Assembly (NCBI GenBank): GCA_009103225.1
Contig: RHPI01000560.1
Coordinates: forward strand, 60,070-105,244
From: Chlorokybus atmophyticus
Taxonomy: Eukaryota; Plantae; Mesostigma and Chlorokybus algae
Direction: 5' to 3'
Length of the DNA: 45,175 bases
Positions 13,250 through 26,003 of the stretch are shown here, one piece after another. Position 1 is the first letter of the stretch, and each line of letters begins with the position of its first letter. A program made the translations under genes and the position numbers. The notes beneath the pieces were generated by a model. It worked only from the letters and a program-made list of their open reading frames with translations, ran no database searches and was not told the DNA's origin.

Positions 13250-13968
13250 CGGATTGTATGCACTAGGTATGGTGCATGCACCGGTGCTCAGACCATGCAT
13301 GGTTTTAATGGATGTGACATCATGACAGACCATGCATAGTGCGTTGTATGTTAGAACCATACATGGTGCCGCTTGTGGCCCATATATGCACAACAATGTC
13401 CGTAACCATGGATCATCATGGTGCGACTGTCAACCAGACCATGTATGGTGCATTGTATGTTACGACCATACATGGTCGCTTGTGGACCATGTATGCACAA
13501 CAATGTCCGTAACCATGGACCATGCATGGTGCGGCTGTTGACTAGATTGGCACCATACACGGTCCACCGTGTCAGAAGGGCAGCGCACCATGCATGGTTT
13601 GTACAATGTCATCTTAAAAAAAGACTTTCGGTCCGTATTCATAGATCATGCATGGTGCGACTATCAATTACCAAACTTGTGGAATAAAGAAACCATGCCC
13701 GATCCACTATGCCAGGGGGCATTGCACCATACATGGTCCTTACAACCTCATACAAACAGGTCACCATGCATGGTGCGACCCCGACCGTCCGGCTGTTATT
13801 CACAGTCGGACCATATATGGTCCACCGATTTCACTTAGCAAGGGAAAATGCTGGTCCCAAGGCGCGGACCATTCTTGGTCATTTGGCGTCAATCTGTGTG
13901 CTTGCTTTGAGACCGCAATAACATGCACACCTGCTCGAACCTGTAGAGGCTAGAGGCAGACATGGCAA
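13250..13968. repeat. Interspersed ~720-bp repeat rich in ACCAT(G/A)CATGGT palindromes with ~110-bp internal units; second copy at 32576-33370
   Basis: Both copies start CGGATTGTATGCAC and end CTGCTCGAACCTGTAG.GGCTAGAGGCAGACA. Confidence 0.85.
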
Positions 13969-14666
13969 CAGTATGCTCTACTCTGCGGTGCCACCCTAGA
14001 AGAGATACAAGCACAAGGATTGTGGAAACGACTTGAGAGCATGCAGGTGTACTTGCAGCAAAGTAGCTTACCTCCCACCGCATCAAAACCACCTGGTAAG
14101 GATACATGCCCAGGTCAACGATGGAGGGCGGAACTCTGGGACCTTTTTTCAACTATAGAGACTTGTCGCGCACTAGCATGCGCTGCTTGATGGGCAAGGC
14201 CATGGAAGCTGGCCACCATACAGCAGAGCGCTATTCTGGCACAATTATAATCGCATTGACGCGCCAGTGCTTAACAAAAAATGCCATGGCTTCGTGCAGC
14301 ATGGCAAGCGAAGGATGACAGTAGACCAGGTTACCCCCCAACTCTGCGAGCACCACGCGCTAGTCCAAGGAAAGCGCATTGCTGATGCTACTAGGCATAG
14401 GCAAGAAAGGAAAGTAAGCATCTGTCTTGGCATTCCATTCAGTTGCAAAGACATTAAGCACTGGAGTTCCCATGCCCGTCACAATGGCTGATGTAACTTC
14501 CTCGCACAGAGACTAATCCCCCCTATCTGTGAACTTGGAAAGCTTGTCTCCAAGTTCCAATTGCTGTCGCGGCTCCCATATGCACTGCATAGCAAAATCC
14601 TTTTCCCAACAGGTATGCCACAATCGTCGTAGCGCGTGCCGTACTGCCGCATGCCCTGCTGAAAGC

Positions 14667-15090
14667 TATCGAAGAACTAGCATGCACATGTAGCTGAGGC
14701 AAGCATAGACACACAGAGACAGAGCTACCGCCACCAGAGCATACACAAGTTACATCACATTCATCTATTACAAGTTGTCCGCTGGTTCTTATACCAGCCA
14801 GTTACATACACGTCTACATTTGCAAGCACTGCATAAGCTTTACTCAGCCTTTTTACGCAGTCTAAGCTGCGCTGTCTTCCTTACAACTAGAGCTTTCTAA
14901 CAAGCTGTCTCACGTCTTACATGAGTAAGTATACGCGGAGATACGAAGCAGTTAGTAAGGCTCCAGTCTGGAGTCCGGAGTCTGGTCGGACGTTGCCGTC
15001 TTGCTAAGTCCGGACCTGGTGCTCGTCCTTACAAACTTCTACTCCTGTGTGAAGGGTCGATGCTGATCATATGTAGCAATACTCTCAACA
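14667..15090. mobile_element. Solo LTR (family Z) with 5-bp TSD AAAGC
   Basis: AAAGC at 14662-14666 and 15091-15095; ends ...TCAACA; start decayed to TATCGA; similar to 21668-22084. Confidence 0.75.
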
Positions 15091-18000
15091 AAAGCTGCTG
15101 CAACATGCGCACCGCCCGCTGATAGTCTCCCGGTAAGAGCTAGAGTTTTAGGTGTTAACGACAGTCTTGATGGCGCTGAGTCTTTTGGTATAGCTTCAGA
15201 CCTCGTCTTTAAGTCTTAAAACCAGTCTTCTCCAGCCTAAGCAGCAAAAGCACTTCAGCTCTTGTCACCACCGAAGACCAACACCAGCACCATAAGTCTC
15301 AACAGCAGGGGAGGAGGTATCCTTTACGTGAGAGGCGTGAGTTGAAAGATTGATCAACCAAGCCATGGCTGCATCGGACACACTCGGGGGCTTAAAGAAG
15401 CTTAGTACTTATGAGGAGGCGCTTGGTGCTGATGCAGATCTCTGGAAGAAGGCAATGGATGAGGAGATTGCTTCTCTACTAGCCAACCAGACCTTGAGGC
15501 TTAAGACTGTCCCGGCTGACATTAGACCTATCCCGGTCCAGTGTGTATACAAAATCAAGAAGGATGGGCAAGACAGCATTGAGCGCTACAAGGCGAGGCT
15601 TGTCGCGAAGGGCTTTCTCCAACGGGAGGGCATTGATTTCAATGAGGTCTTCACTCCAGCTAGCAAGCACACGCACGCACGCACAACTTTTTGCACCATG
15701 TTGGCTTTGGTGGTTGCTCAAGACCTAGAGCTGCACCATCTTGATTTTAAGACCGCGTTCCTCGACGACGAGCTTCAAAAGGACATCTTTGTGCAACAAC
15801 CCAAGGGCTACCATGAGGGAGGTCCAGACGTGGCATGCAAGCTTGTGAAGGCCTTGTATGGTCTTAAGCAGGCGCTCAGGGTTTGGCACATCCGCTTGAG
15901 CAAGGAGCTCGAGATTCTGGGTATTACCCCAGTACTGCAGACCCAGGACTCTTTATCCATGGAGAGCTATAGGTCTGGCTTTTTGTACACTTATGACATC
16001 AGCGGTTTTGCCTCAGACTTGAAGGACTTGAAGGAAGTCAAGGCTGGTTTGAGCAAGGCTTTTGATGTGTCCGCGACCTTGGAGAGGCCTGTTGACCAGA
16101 GATGCTGCATGCAACCGTGCACAACAAACATACACAGCACAGTGGTAAGAGCAAAGCTTCACCGCAAACGAAGTGATTGGAGAAGTGAATCAACTCAATA
16201 ACCCGCGGCCTGTCGGCTCTGGTTCCTCAATCTAGGTCCTACTTAAAACAAGACCAGACTGTTCCAGTCTTAGCTGCATGCAGCCTATACATACAACTGC
16301 AGTCTATAAGCTTAATAAGTACCAACTTAATAAGCTACAATAGGGCTAGTTAAGCTTACTGGACAATAGCAGATAAGTCTCATATGCTATACATGTGTAA
16401 GAGCACACGCAAATCATGCTATGTTCTTCACACTCCCACGCAGGTAGCTTGGCCAGCTCTGAATCTTTAAAACTTGGTCTTCTTTGTCTTCATCTTCACA
16501 ATCCCGATGCTCAGTTCTTCACAGCATGCCTTGAACTTCTTCACATGCGTTGCCTTCGTCATGAAGTTAGCCAACGTCTCCTCGTTGTTGCAGTAGACAA
16601 ACTTAATCTCATTCCTGGCCACTCTGTCCCACAAAGTGATGATGCACATCAATGTGCTTGCTTCTGGCCGAAAGAATGGGATTCCTCAGTAGCTGCACGC
16701 CCCCCCCNCCCCCCCCCCCCCCCCCCTTTTAATTGTTGCAGGACATCTCCACGCTTTCACATGGATGACCAAGGTCTCCCACTAGTTTTTTAAGCCACAA
16801 CGCCTCCTTAGCTGCAGCTGCAAAAGCCATGTACTCTGCTTCTGTGGTAGAAGCTGCCACTGTCGGTTGCAGTTCGCTATTTCAGCTGATTACTCCACCA
16901 ATCAGCTTGAAGACATACCCAGGGGTTGACCTTCTGGTATCTAGGTCACCAGTATAGTCTGCATCACAGTAGCCTTGCAACACCTGGTTGCCCCGCCCAT
17001 ATTAGATGCCAACTATTGCTATCTTGACAAGTAGCGTAGTACACCCTTTGTTGCCAACCAATGTTGCATTGTTGGAGCAGACATGTAACTTGCCAACTGT
17101 CCCACAGCATGTGCAATGTCAGGTCGAAACACTATAGACAGATAGAGTAGGCTCCCCACAAGCTCACAGTAGGGGTACTTGGCCTTGTTTAACTCTTCAT
17201 CACTGTCTAGTGCTCTCACCAGTTAAACTTCCACGCTCAATGGCACCTCTCAAATATTAGCATTGTTGAGACTAAACTTTGTAACCAGCTGCTTCACCGC
17301 TTGCTCTTGCATAATGGTGATGGTTTCAGCAGCTCTCCCTCTGGTAACAACCATACTCAGGAAGTATGTTCTCTCGCCCAAGTCTCTGCACTCAATCACA
17401 GCCTACAGCCGAGTCTTCACTCGCTGCACCCCTGACATTCCTGACGCTGCAATTAAGATGTTGTCCACGTACACCAACAGCCACACTTGCTTGCTCTCGT
17501 TGTAGAACAACTTTGGATCTGCCAGACTTAATTTGAACCCCTGCTTCAATAGCTCCTTGCACAGTGTTGCATGCCACACCCGTGGTGCCTGCTTCACGCT
17601 ATATAGTGCTTTAACCAATCTGCATGCTGCACCAGGTGGCCCCTCCTGATACCCCATTGGTTGCTGAATGTAGATTCTCTCCTCCAGCTCCCCATACGAA
17701 AACGATGTCTTAACATCTAGGTGATTGGACTTTAGATTATCTGCTGACACAATTGCCACCATAGCTCTAAGGGTTGCCAACTTCCCCGCAGGTGCAAACA
17801 CCTCATTGAAGTCAACTCCTTCTTGCTGCAAAAACCCCTTGGCAACAAATCTGGCTTTGTACATCTCACAGGGTTGCCACTGCCGTCCCTCTTCACCTTG
17901 AACACCCACTTGACATGAATAGGCTTAACCCCTGCGGGTGGAACTTCAACTTCCCATGTTGCATTGGCATGCAGCGAGGCTATCTCTTCATCCATTGCCT

Positions 18001-18977
18001 GACGCCAACTGTCTGCATCAATCCTCCGGAGTGCTTCTTCATATGTTTCTGGCTCCACACTGTGTCTTCCTGAGCCCGCGATATAGCCAAACTCCTTGTG
18101 GAAACGTATATGTATAGGACCCCCTCCTATTGCGCCCAGGGTAATGCCCCCTGCTCTGCTGTTGGTTTTGATGATGCCGATAACTCCTCTCATCTCTGCG
18201 CGCAACACTGCTCACTTTTTTAGGGCTAAGCTCCCTATATGGATCAGAACCATTGTCCACCAGAGATGGAACAGTTGTTGCTGTGCTAGACCAAGGCATT
18301 TCTTGATCATCAATGATGTCTTTAAATTCATCTTCATTTGAATCCCCGTCATCAATCTCCTGCAGCTGCTGTGCTCCCATGGCATCATGGAATACAACTT
18401 CTCTGCTAATCACAACCTTCTGAGCATCCTTCAGCAGCACTATAAGCCTTGGAGTCAGGCTCATAGCCAAGGACAACTCCTTTTTTGATAACGGGATCCT
18501 GCGTCTTCCGCAACTGTTTTGTTGTCAACACATATGCAGTGCAGCCAAACACTCGCATGTTGCTGACATCGGGAGCCTTTACGAAGAACAGCTCCCATGC
18601 AGTCTTTGCTGGAGCACGCACTAGCGATCTGGATCTGATGTAGTTTGCTGTCAGAACCGGCTCTGCCCACCAGCAAAACTCCAACTTTGCATCACTCAGC
18701 TAGGCTCGACCTCTTCATCAAAGTCAGATTCAGCCTCTCTGCTGTAGCATTTTGCTGCGGAGTGTATGGGGCTGTTGTCTGATGCACGATGCCTTGTGAA
18801 GATCAGAATGAATACAGCTTTTCATATTTAGGTACTCCACTGACTGTCTTCATTAGATTTGCCAGACACATTCTTCAACCACATCACCACCTCTTTTACC
18901 AAAGCTGGAACATCCGCCTTGGGCTTCACAGGATGCACCAATCACAGCTTGAAGTAGTCATCAAAGAAGTTGACAAT

Positions 18978-19396
18978 TGTTGACAATAAAGCTGTCTAGG
19001 CGTGAATACACCACACAACACCCTCAAATACCCTTAAACAATCTGTGCAAGCAGAACGACCAGTTAGACCACGCCAGACCAAACCCAGTCCAGGCTACGC
19101 CAGAATCAGACCTTGCCGCCACCAGACTCAGGCACAAGTCAAAGTGAACCAATATATACGTGTATGGGCGTCCCCTTATACCCAAATAACCGTTCTAACT
19201 ACCAAGTAGTCATACAAGTCAGGTTTGGTGAACATTAAACCCTAATATAGCCCTAAACGGTCGAAACTGCCAGGACCGTAGAAACTGTCAAAAAGCTTGA
19301 CAGGTCTAAAGTCTGCTAAGTACAATCAATGAGTACTTAGCCAGACCAAGCTGACTGGAGGCTAGTAATGGCAAAACCAGGTCTTAAACTCCAACA
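18978..19396 (-). mobile_element. Solo-type LTR-Y at the same insertion site as element 3
   Basis: ACAAT|TGTTGA...CCAACA|ACGAT, followed by host sequence that recurs after 24757. Confidence 0.8.
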
Positions 19397-19589
19397 ACGA
19401 TGTAAGATGCTCCCCCCCTTCGATGGCTCTGGTAACGGACTACACACATCTGTGTGCACCAACTGTGCAACGTGCTCACTGACGCACTCAAACTTATAAA
19501 AAGGTTGCCTATGCATGTCGGACAGCACACATGGCTCGCACAACACTCCTCTGCACTGCCTTCTTTGCGCCTTGCTCACATTGATGCTT

Positions 19590-22500
19590 CTACACCAAAT
19601 ACCAATCCCTAATACAGCCCTAAACGGTCAAAACTGCCAGGATTGTCACAACTGTCAAGAAACACGATAGGTCTGAAGTCTAATAAGTACAACCATTGAG
19701 TAATTAGCCGGACTATTTGGAGTCTACAGGCGGCAAAGCAATGTCCTATACTCCAATATAATGATAAGTACAAAACTATTGAGTACTTAGCCAGACTAAG
19801 CTAACTGGAGTCTAGAGACGGCACAACCAAAATCCAAACTCCCATACTCCCACGCAGGCAGCTTAGTGAGCGCTTAAACCTTCGCAGCAGGTCCGGAACT
19901 TTGAAGGTGTCAAAACCTTCTCGTCAAGTCTGCAAGCTTGTTTCAGTCTTGCAAAACCTGAACTCCACCTCGCTACGAGCGACGCGCTCCCGCAGAAAGT
20001 GCTGCATGATATCAACGTGCTTGGATCTAACTGAAGCAATGGGGTGCTTAAAAGGTCTGATAGCTCCTTCGTTGTCACAGTGCATGAGGATGACAGTCTG
20101 GTCCAGACCTAAATCTGCAACTAGCTTGCGCAACAAAGCCCCTCTTTGACTGCTGGATGCAGCCATATACTCAGCCTCTGCAGTGAAAACTGCAGCAGTA
20201 AGTTGAAGCTTGCTGCTCCAACTCACCACTCCACCATTCAACAAGAACGTGTAGTCAGTAGTAGACCGCTTAGAGTTAATGTCACCTGCATAATCTGACG
20301 CAGTAACCCTCCAGGATTGTAAGTCCACCAGAAAAAGTAATCCCAACACTGGAAGTCCCAGCCACATAGCGCAAACAAGCCTTTGCAGCCTTTCAATGCT
20401 CCAAGGTAGGTGCAGACATAAGCATGGCCAAAACTCCCCCGGAATGGGAAATGTCAGGCCTGGTGGCTGACTGACAAGTACAGCAAACTCTTAACAAGAG
20501 TGCTGTAAAGGTACTGAGTCTTGTGCAGCACATCTGCCTCACTATTAGACTTAACAAGCCTGACTCCTACCGCCATAGGTGTTGCCTTCACCTTGGCATC
20601 TTGCAGCCCAACCTGTCCACCAATCTGGTGACCATCTGCTCCTGGCTGATCTTAGCAGATCTAGTCCGCCTGTTCATGTCAATGACAATGCTCAAGAAGT
20701 ACTTGGCTTCTCCAAGGTTACGAACATAAAAAGCCTTGCTCAAGCCAGACTTGACAACCTCCAAGTCCTTCAGGATTGGGGCAGCAATGAGAATGTCATC
20801 GACATAAACTACAAGCCAGACCTGCAGCTCTTGAGAAATGAACACCTCCTGGGTCTGCAGTGCTGGGAACAAAGCCCAGAATCTCAAGCTTTTTGCTCAA
20901 GCGGAAGTGCCAAACCCTGGGCGCCTGTATCAGACCATACAAGGCCTTCACAAGCTTACAAGCCACATCTCAACCTCCCTCATGGTAGCCCTTGGGTTGT
21001 TGCACGTAAATGTCCTCTTCAAGCTCGCCGTAGAGGAACGCGATCTTCACATCAAGGTGATGCAGCTCAAAGTCCTGGGCGACCACCAAAGCCAGAAAAG
21101 TCCGGAAAGTTGTATGCTTACTAGCGGGTGCAATAACCTCGTTGAAGTCGATGCCCTCTTGCTGAAGAAAGCCCTTTGCGACAAGCCTCGCCTTGTAGCG
21201 CTCGATGTTGCCTTGGCCGTTTTTCTTGATCTTATAAACCCACTTGACCGGAATGGGTTTCATGTCGCCGGAACAGATTCCAGCCTCCAGGTCTGGTTGG
21301 CAAGCAAGGCTGCGATCTTCTCATCCATAGCCTTTTGTCAAAGATCAGCATCGAGACTTTTAAGAGCCTGCACATAAGTGGGCTTCTTCAGACCTCGCAG
21401 TGCATCAAACACCGCATAAGCTTCGTTGTAAAACCAATCGGGTTTTTGCCTCTCACGCCAAGGGTGCTGCCTCCCTAGCTGTTGCTGATGTTGGGTTTTA
21501 GTGGTGTCAGGAGCTGAAGGGCTTTTGCTGCCTGGATGTGGAGTAACATGGCCTAAGAAACTGAAGACCTTCTTTGGAACTGCCAAAACATGGTTTGGAA
21601 CAACTGGAACTGCTAGTTCTGGCTCAACGACATTCAAAGTGATGTTAACGCCTAAAACTCCAGCTCCTGTTAACATACACACGTGCAAGTGACACGCCAA
21701 CAACATCAACACAAGAGCATGACTGCTACTGCCATTGATGCCATACAAGTTTAGGGGTTTTATAACCCGCCAATTTCTACACACGTCTACATTTGCAAGC
21801 ACCGCGTGCACAATGCCAGGCCTTTTAACGCGCTCTTAAATGCGCTGTTTAGCTTACGACCGGAGCTTTCCAACAAGCTAAGCCACGCCTGCTAAGCTTA
21901 CGTATCCACAAAGCTATGCGGTTTTTCCCAACGCTCTACTCAGCATCTGGTCCGGAGTCCGTCCTGGCTCGACCGGCCTACTAAGTCCGGAGTCCACATG
22001 CTCAGCCCATACCTTCGACTCTCAACTCCTGTGTGGAAGGCAAGCTGACCAGATTCAAGCATCACCCATGTGATACCTTCAACAGCTCCTACTCCTCCCT
22101 CAGCAAAAGTCACATCATGACTGACCACAACTTTTCGGGTTTCATCCAGCTAAACCCTCAACGCCTTCGAACCAGTCACATAACCCACATACACCCCGTG
22201 TCGACTGACTTCAGCCAACGCTGCTGCTTGTGTACATGGACAAAGGTGGCAGAACTAAAGACTTTGAGCATGCCAACATCAGGCTTGACGCCTGTTAAAA
22301 GCTCCCTCGGAGTCTTGGCTTGTGAACGCACGGGCGAGCGGTTGCAAACAGTTTGCAGCAAGCAAAGCCTCACGCCACATGCAGTCCTCCATTTTGGCAT
22401 CAATTAGCATAGACCTAACATTCTCCAAGAGTGTGCGGTTGAGCCTCTCCGCCTTGCCGTTCTGTTTTGGAGTATAAGGTGCTGTAGTCTTATGCCGAAT

Positions 22501-24757
22501 GCCCTTCTTGGAGTAGTAGTCCCTTAAGTTGTTGTTGACGAACTCGCCACCACGATCTGAGCGGACTGACGTAACTTGTAGACTGGTCTAAGTCTCAAGC
22601 AGGTGAAAAATCTCTGCGACTGCCTTGGTCACATCTGACTTCAACACCACCACAACCACGGACAACTTGCTGAAATCATCCAAGATTGTAACAAAGTACT
22701 TGAAGTTTCCACCAAATGATGTCACCGGCATGGGACCGCACACATCCATGTGCACAAGCTCCAAGCAACGCGTGCTCACACGAGTAGAGTGAGAACATGG
22801 CAGCCGGGTCTGCTTCCTACCAAACGCTCCAGATTGTCAAAGCTCAAATGCTTAAACCTCCTGAGCCAAAGCTGAGCAAACTCCAAAGGTGCTGCAACAA
22901 GTGCTTGAACTTTGTCATTATTATGAACGAAAGTCCGGCCATGATTCAAGTACAACTCTTCTCCTTGACTCAAAGCCTGCAGCCTCTTAATGCCCCTAAA
23001 CACAATGCAGGCCTTTCGCCCCTCAAACTCAATCTTAGCACCAGCAAGTGCAGCAGCCCTCACAGAAATAAACTTGTATCAAGCTCTGAAACATAGAGAA
23101 CATCCTTGAGTTGCACTTGCCTTGTTGAACCCTCAACTCAACAATCAAGGATGACATCCCCTTAGCTGATAGCGCCCATCACACTTCCCTTTTCAGCGCA
23201 TCAAACACAGAAGGGTCTGACAAGGGTTTTGAAGGAGACAAATGCAGACTTGTCAAAGGTCATATGGCGGTTGGCACCAGAGTTCGAATCCCAGCTCTGG
23301 TCAGAAATTAGAGCACCAGCTGTAAAAGCCACGAGTTTCTCCTGTTTTCTAACACCTTTAGGCCTGCCACGCTTTTGCCAACACTTCTCCTATAAATGAC
23401 CTAGCATCTTGCAGTAGCTGCACTTTCTGACCTCTTTCTTCTTCTTGGAAGAACTGCTGTGGTTTGAAGAACGAGGCTCTTGTGACTTGGTTTAGAGCTG
23501 TAGCCTGAACCAGATTTGGAAGCTGCAAAAGCCACCGCAATTGAGGCCTCATTCTTCTTCTTGAGCCTCTGCTCAACCTTGGCATAATCTCATCCAACGT
23601 GGGGTCATGACCTTTCAGCACCATGATCAAGGTGTCAAAGTTGTCTTGCAGACCCAAAAGGATAGCCCAAACCACCTCAGACTCCTTCAGCTCGCTGTTT
23701 ACGCCTGATAGGTCTTTTCAAAGCTCTCTTGCTCGTGCGATGTACTTGGTCACTGGCTCACTGGACTCCTTTTTCAAGCCGGTCAGGTCGCACCCGAGCT
23801 GAACACGCCTGGCATTGTTTTGGGCCTTCAAAGAGTCAGATAACTTCTCCCAAGCCTCTCTAGCAGTGGAGCACGCATCCAACGTGTCCAAAGTAAAACT
23901 CCCCCACGTTCAAACCAATGAATGCAAGTGCTTTCGTGGAGTTCTGCTTCCCAACAGCGCTCTTGACTTGTAGGTAGAGGGTCTGCCTCCTTTGGGTTCA
24001 CGAACTCCCACAAGCTCTTGTGCTCGAACAACCACCTCATGCGGCTGCTCCAGGTGTTGTAGTTCTCATCTCCAAGCGGCTCAATCACCACCTTGTCGTA
24101 GCTGGTCGTCATACAACCCCCCTGCTTAAAACAAAGCTCAAATTAGGCTCGAAAAAGCAGTTTCAGGCGCATAGACCTCCACAGTCTCACCAGAATGGCA
24201 CAGACTCAGAAAAAGCTACTATAAAGTAAATGTTCAGCCAAAATGCCTACACTAGCTCAATACCCGGCGTACGTGGGCCCATAACCTGTTGAGATGTAAG
24301 CTATCTAGGCGTGAATACACAACACAACACCCTTACACAATCTGTGCAAGCAGAACGATTAGTTGAATTACGCCAGAATTAGATCTTGCCGCCATCAGAC
24401 TCGAGCACAAGTGCTAGTGAACCATTAGATGCGTGAATGGGCGTTCCCTTATACCCAAATAACCGTTCTAACTACCAAGTAGTCATACAAGTCAGGTTTG
24501 GTCAACATCAAACCCTAATACAGCCCTAAACGGTCGAAACTGACATGACTGTAAGATCTGTCAGAAAACTTGACAGGTCTGAAGTTTGCTAAGTACAACC
24601 CATGAGTTCCTAGCCAGACTAAGCTAATTGGAGTCTAGAGGCGGCAGAGCAATGTCCTAAACTCCAATATATTGCTAAGTACAAAACTACTGAATACTTA
24701 GTCAGACTAAGCTGACTGGAGGCTAGTAATGGCAAAACCAGGTCTTAAACTCCAACA
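19590..24757 (-). mobile_element. Copia element 3 (LTR-Y): partial 3' LTR ~19590-19846, PPT, RNaseH, RT, integrase, protease, gag, PBS 24274-24286, 5' LTR 24287-24757
   Basis: gag start MTTSYDKVVIEPLGDENYNTWSSRM; integrase LELVHMDVCGPM; [28 protein letters not shown]; PBS GGTTATGGGCCCA; right flank ACAAT. Many stops and frameshifts. Confidence 0.9.
21668..22084. mobile_element. Solo LTR (family Z), TGTTAA...TCAACA, with perfect TSD GCTCC, inside element 3
   Basis: GCTCC at 21663-21667 and 22085-22089; removing it rejoins element 3's integrase-RT linker (VTFAEGGVGA|GVLGVNITL). Confidence 0.9.
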
Positions 24758-26003
24758 ACAATGTAAGATGCTCCCCCCTTCGATGGCTCTGGTAACGGAC
24801 CACACACATCTGTGTCCACCAACTGTGCAACGTGCTCACTGACGCACTCAAACTTCTAAAAAGGTTGCCTAAGCATCTCGGACAGCACACATGGATCGCA
24901 CAACACTCCTTTGGACTGCATTCTTTGCGCCTTGCTTACATTGATGCATCTGACCAGATCTTCAGCCACAAGATGATGAAGGTTGTTATACCCAAGGTCC
25001 AAACCCCTGATGCCAAAGTTCAGTTCAGCTCACTTAGGGAATTGTCGCCACCAGTGCCTTGTCAGTCTCTGCCTCTTCTATTAGGTAGAGCCTGCCTTGC
25101 TGTTGTCTCGCCATGAGACACACCTTGCCATCAACACAAAGACAGACCTTTTCTCCTATTCCTGGCTGATCAGCTCCTGCCTTCAACCTTCATAAACAAG
25201 AGGCTAGCCTGCGCACTTGGACATGAAGAACCTTCTTCAGTTCCACCTTGTACACACCTTCTTCCACCTTGCATTAAAGCATTGCCTGGCCTGTACCTGC
25301 TAACCTCCAGGCTCCCACCCCACACCTCCACAATGCGGGTACTTGATTTAAACCTCGGAGTTTTATAGCAGCCCAGCATTCGGAGTAAAATGCTGTGTAC
25401 AGCCAGAGTCAAACACGCATTTAGACATCTGTCTTCCTGTGGACGCTGTAACGGCAACCGCACCTCCACGCCCTCCACTCTGTAAATTGCCTTTTGCTGC
25501 CTTCAGCTGCTGCCAATCACTCTTGCGGTGATCAACTTGGTCGCAATGGAAGCAATTTCCCTTTAACGGCTTCTTCTGCCTACTCTGATCTTGACCCTTG
25601 TTGCCATTGTTGTTGTTGCCAACAACAAATATGGAGGAGCTGGTACTAGCTTCTTCATATAACTGCGCTCGAGCAGCGAACGTTCTGGTCTCTTGATCAG
25701 CCTCGTTGCCCCTGATCCTTAACTCTGCTTTCAGCAAAATTGGCAAAGTCTCTTTGAGGGTCAACTTCTGAGTGGTACTAATACCCTCCAGCATGCTCAC
25801 AACAATCTCAAACTCTTGTGGCAACCCAGACAATACATTTAAGCACAGGTCCTTCGAGATCCTCCGAGACTGAATCTCTTATAGAGGTTAAATCATTCTC
25901 GAGCTTTTTTGCACGTCTCAAATACTTTGTAACTGTCTCACAAACAAGCTGTTTCATGTTGTTGAATGCTTGAGCTCAATCTTACGTTTAACAAAGCGTG
26001 TAG

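Noticed and set aside
13250-13968. CRISPR-like appearance of the regularly recurring palindromic motifs
   Set aside because: The intervening sequences are themselves repeated rather than unique spacers; there are no cas genes and the context is eukaryotic.
14000-14660. Possible exon ending GGAAA|GTAAGC
   Set aside because: In-frame stops and no recognisable homology.
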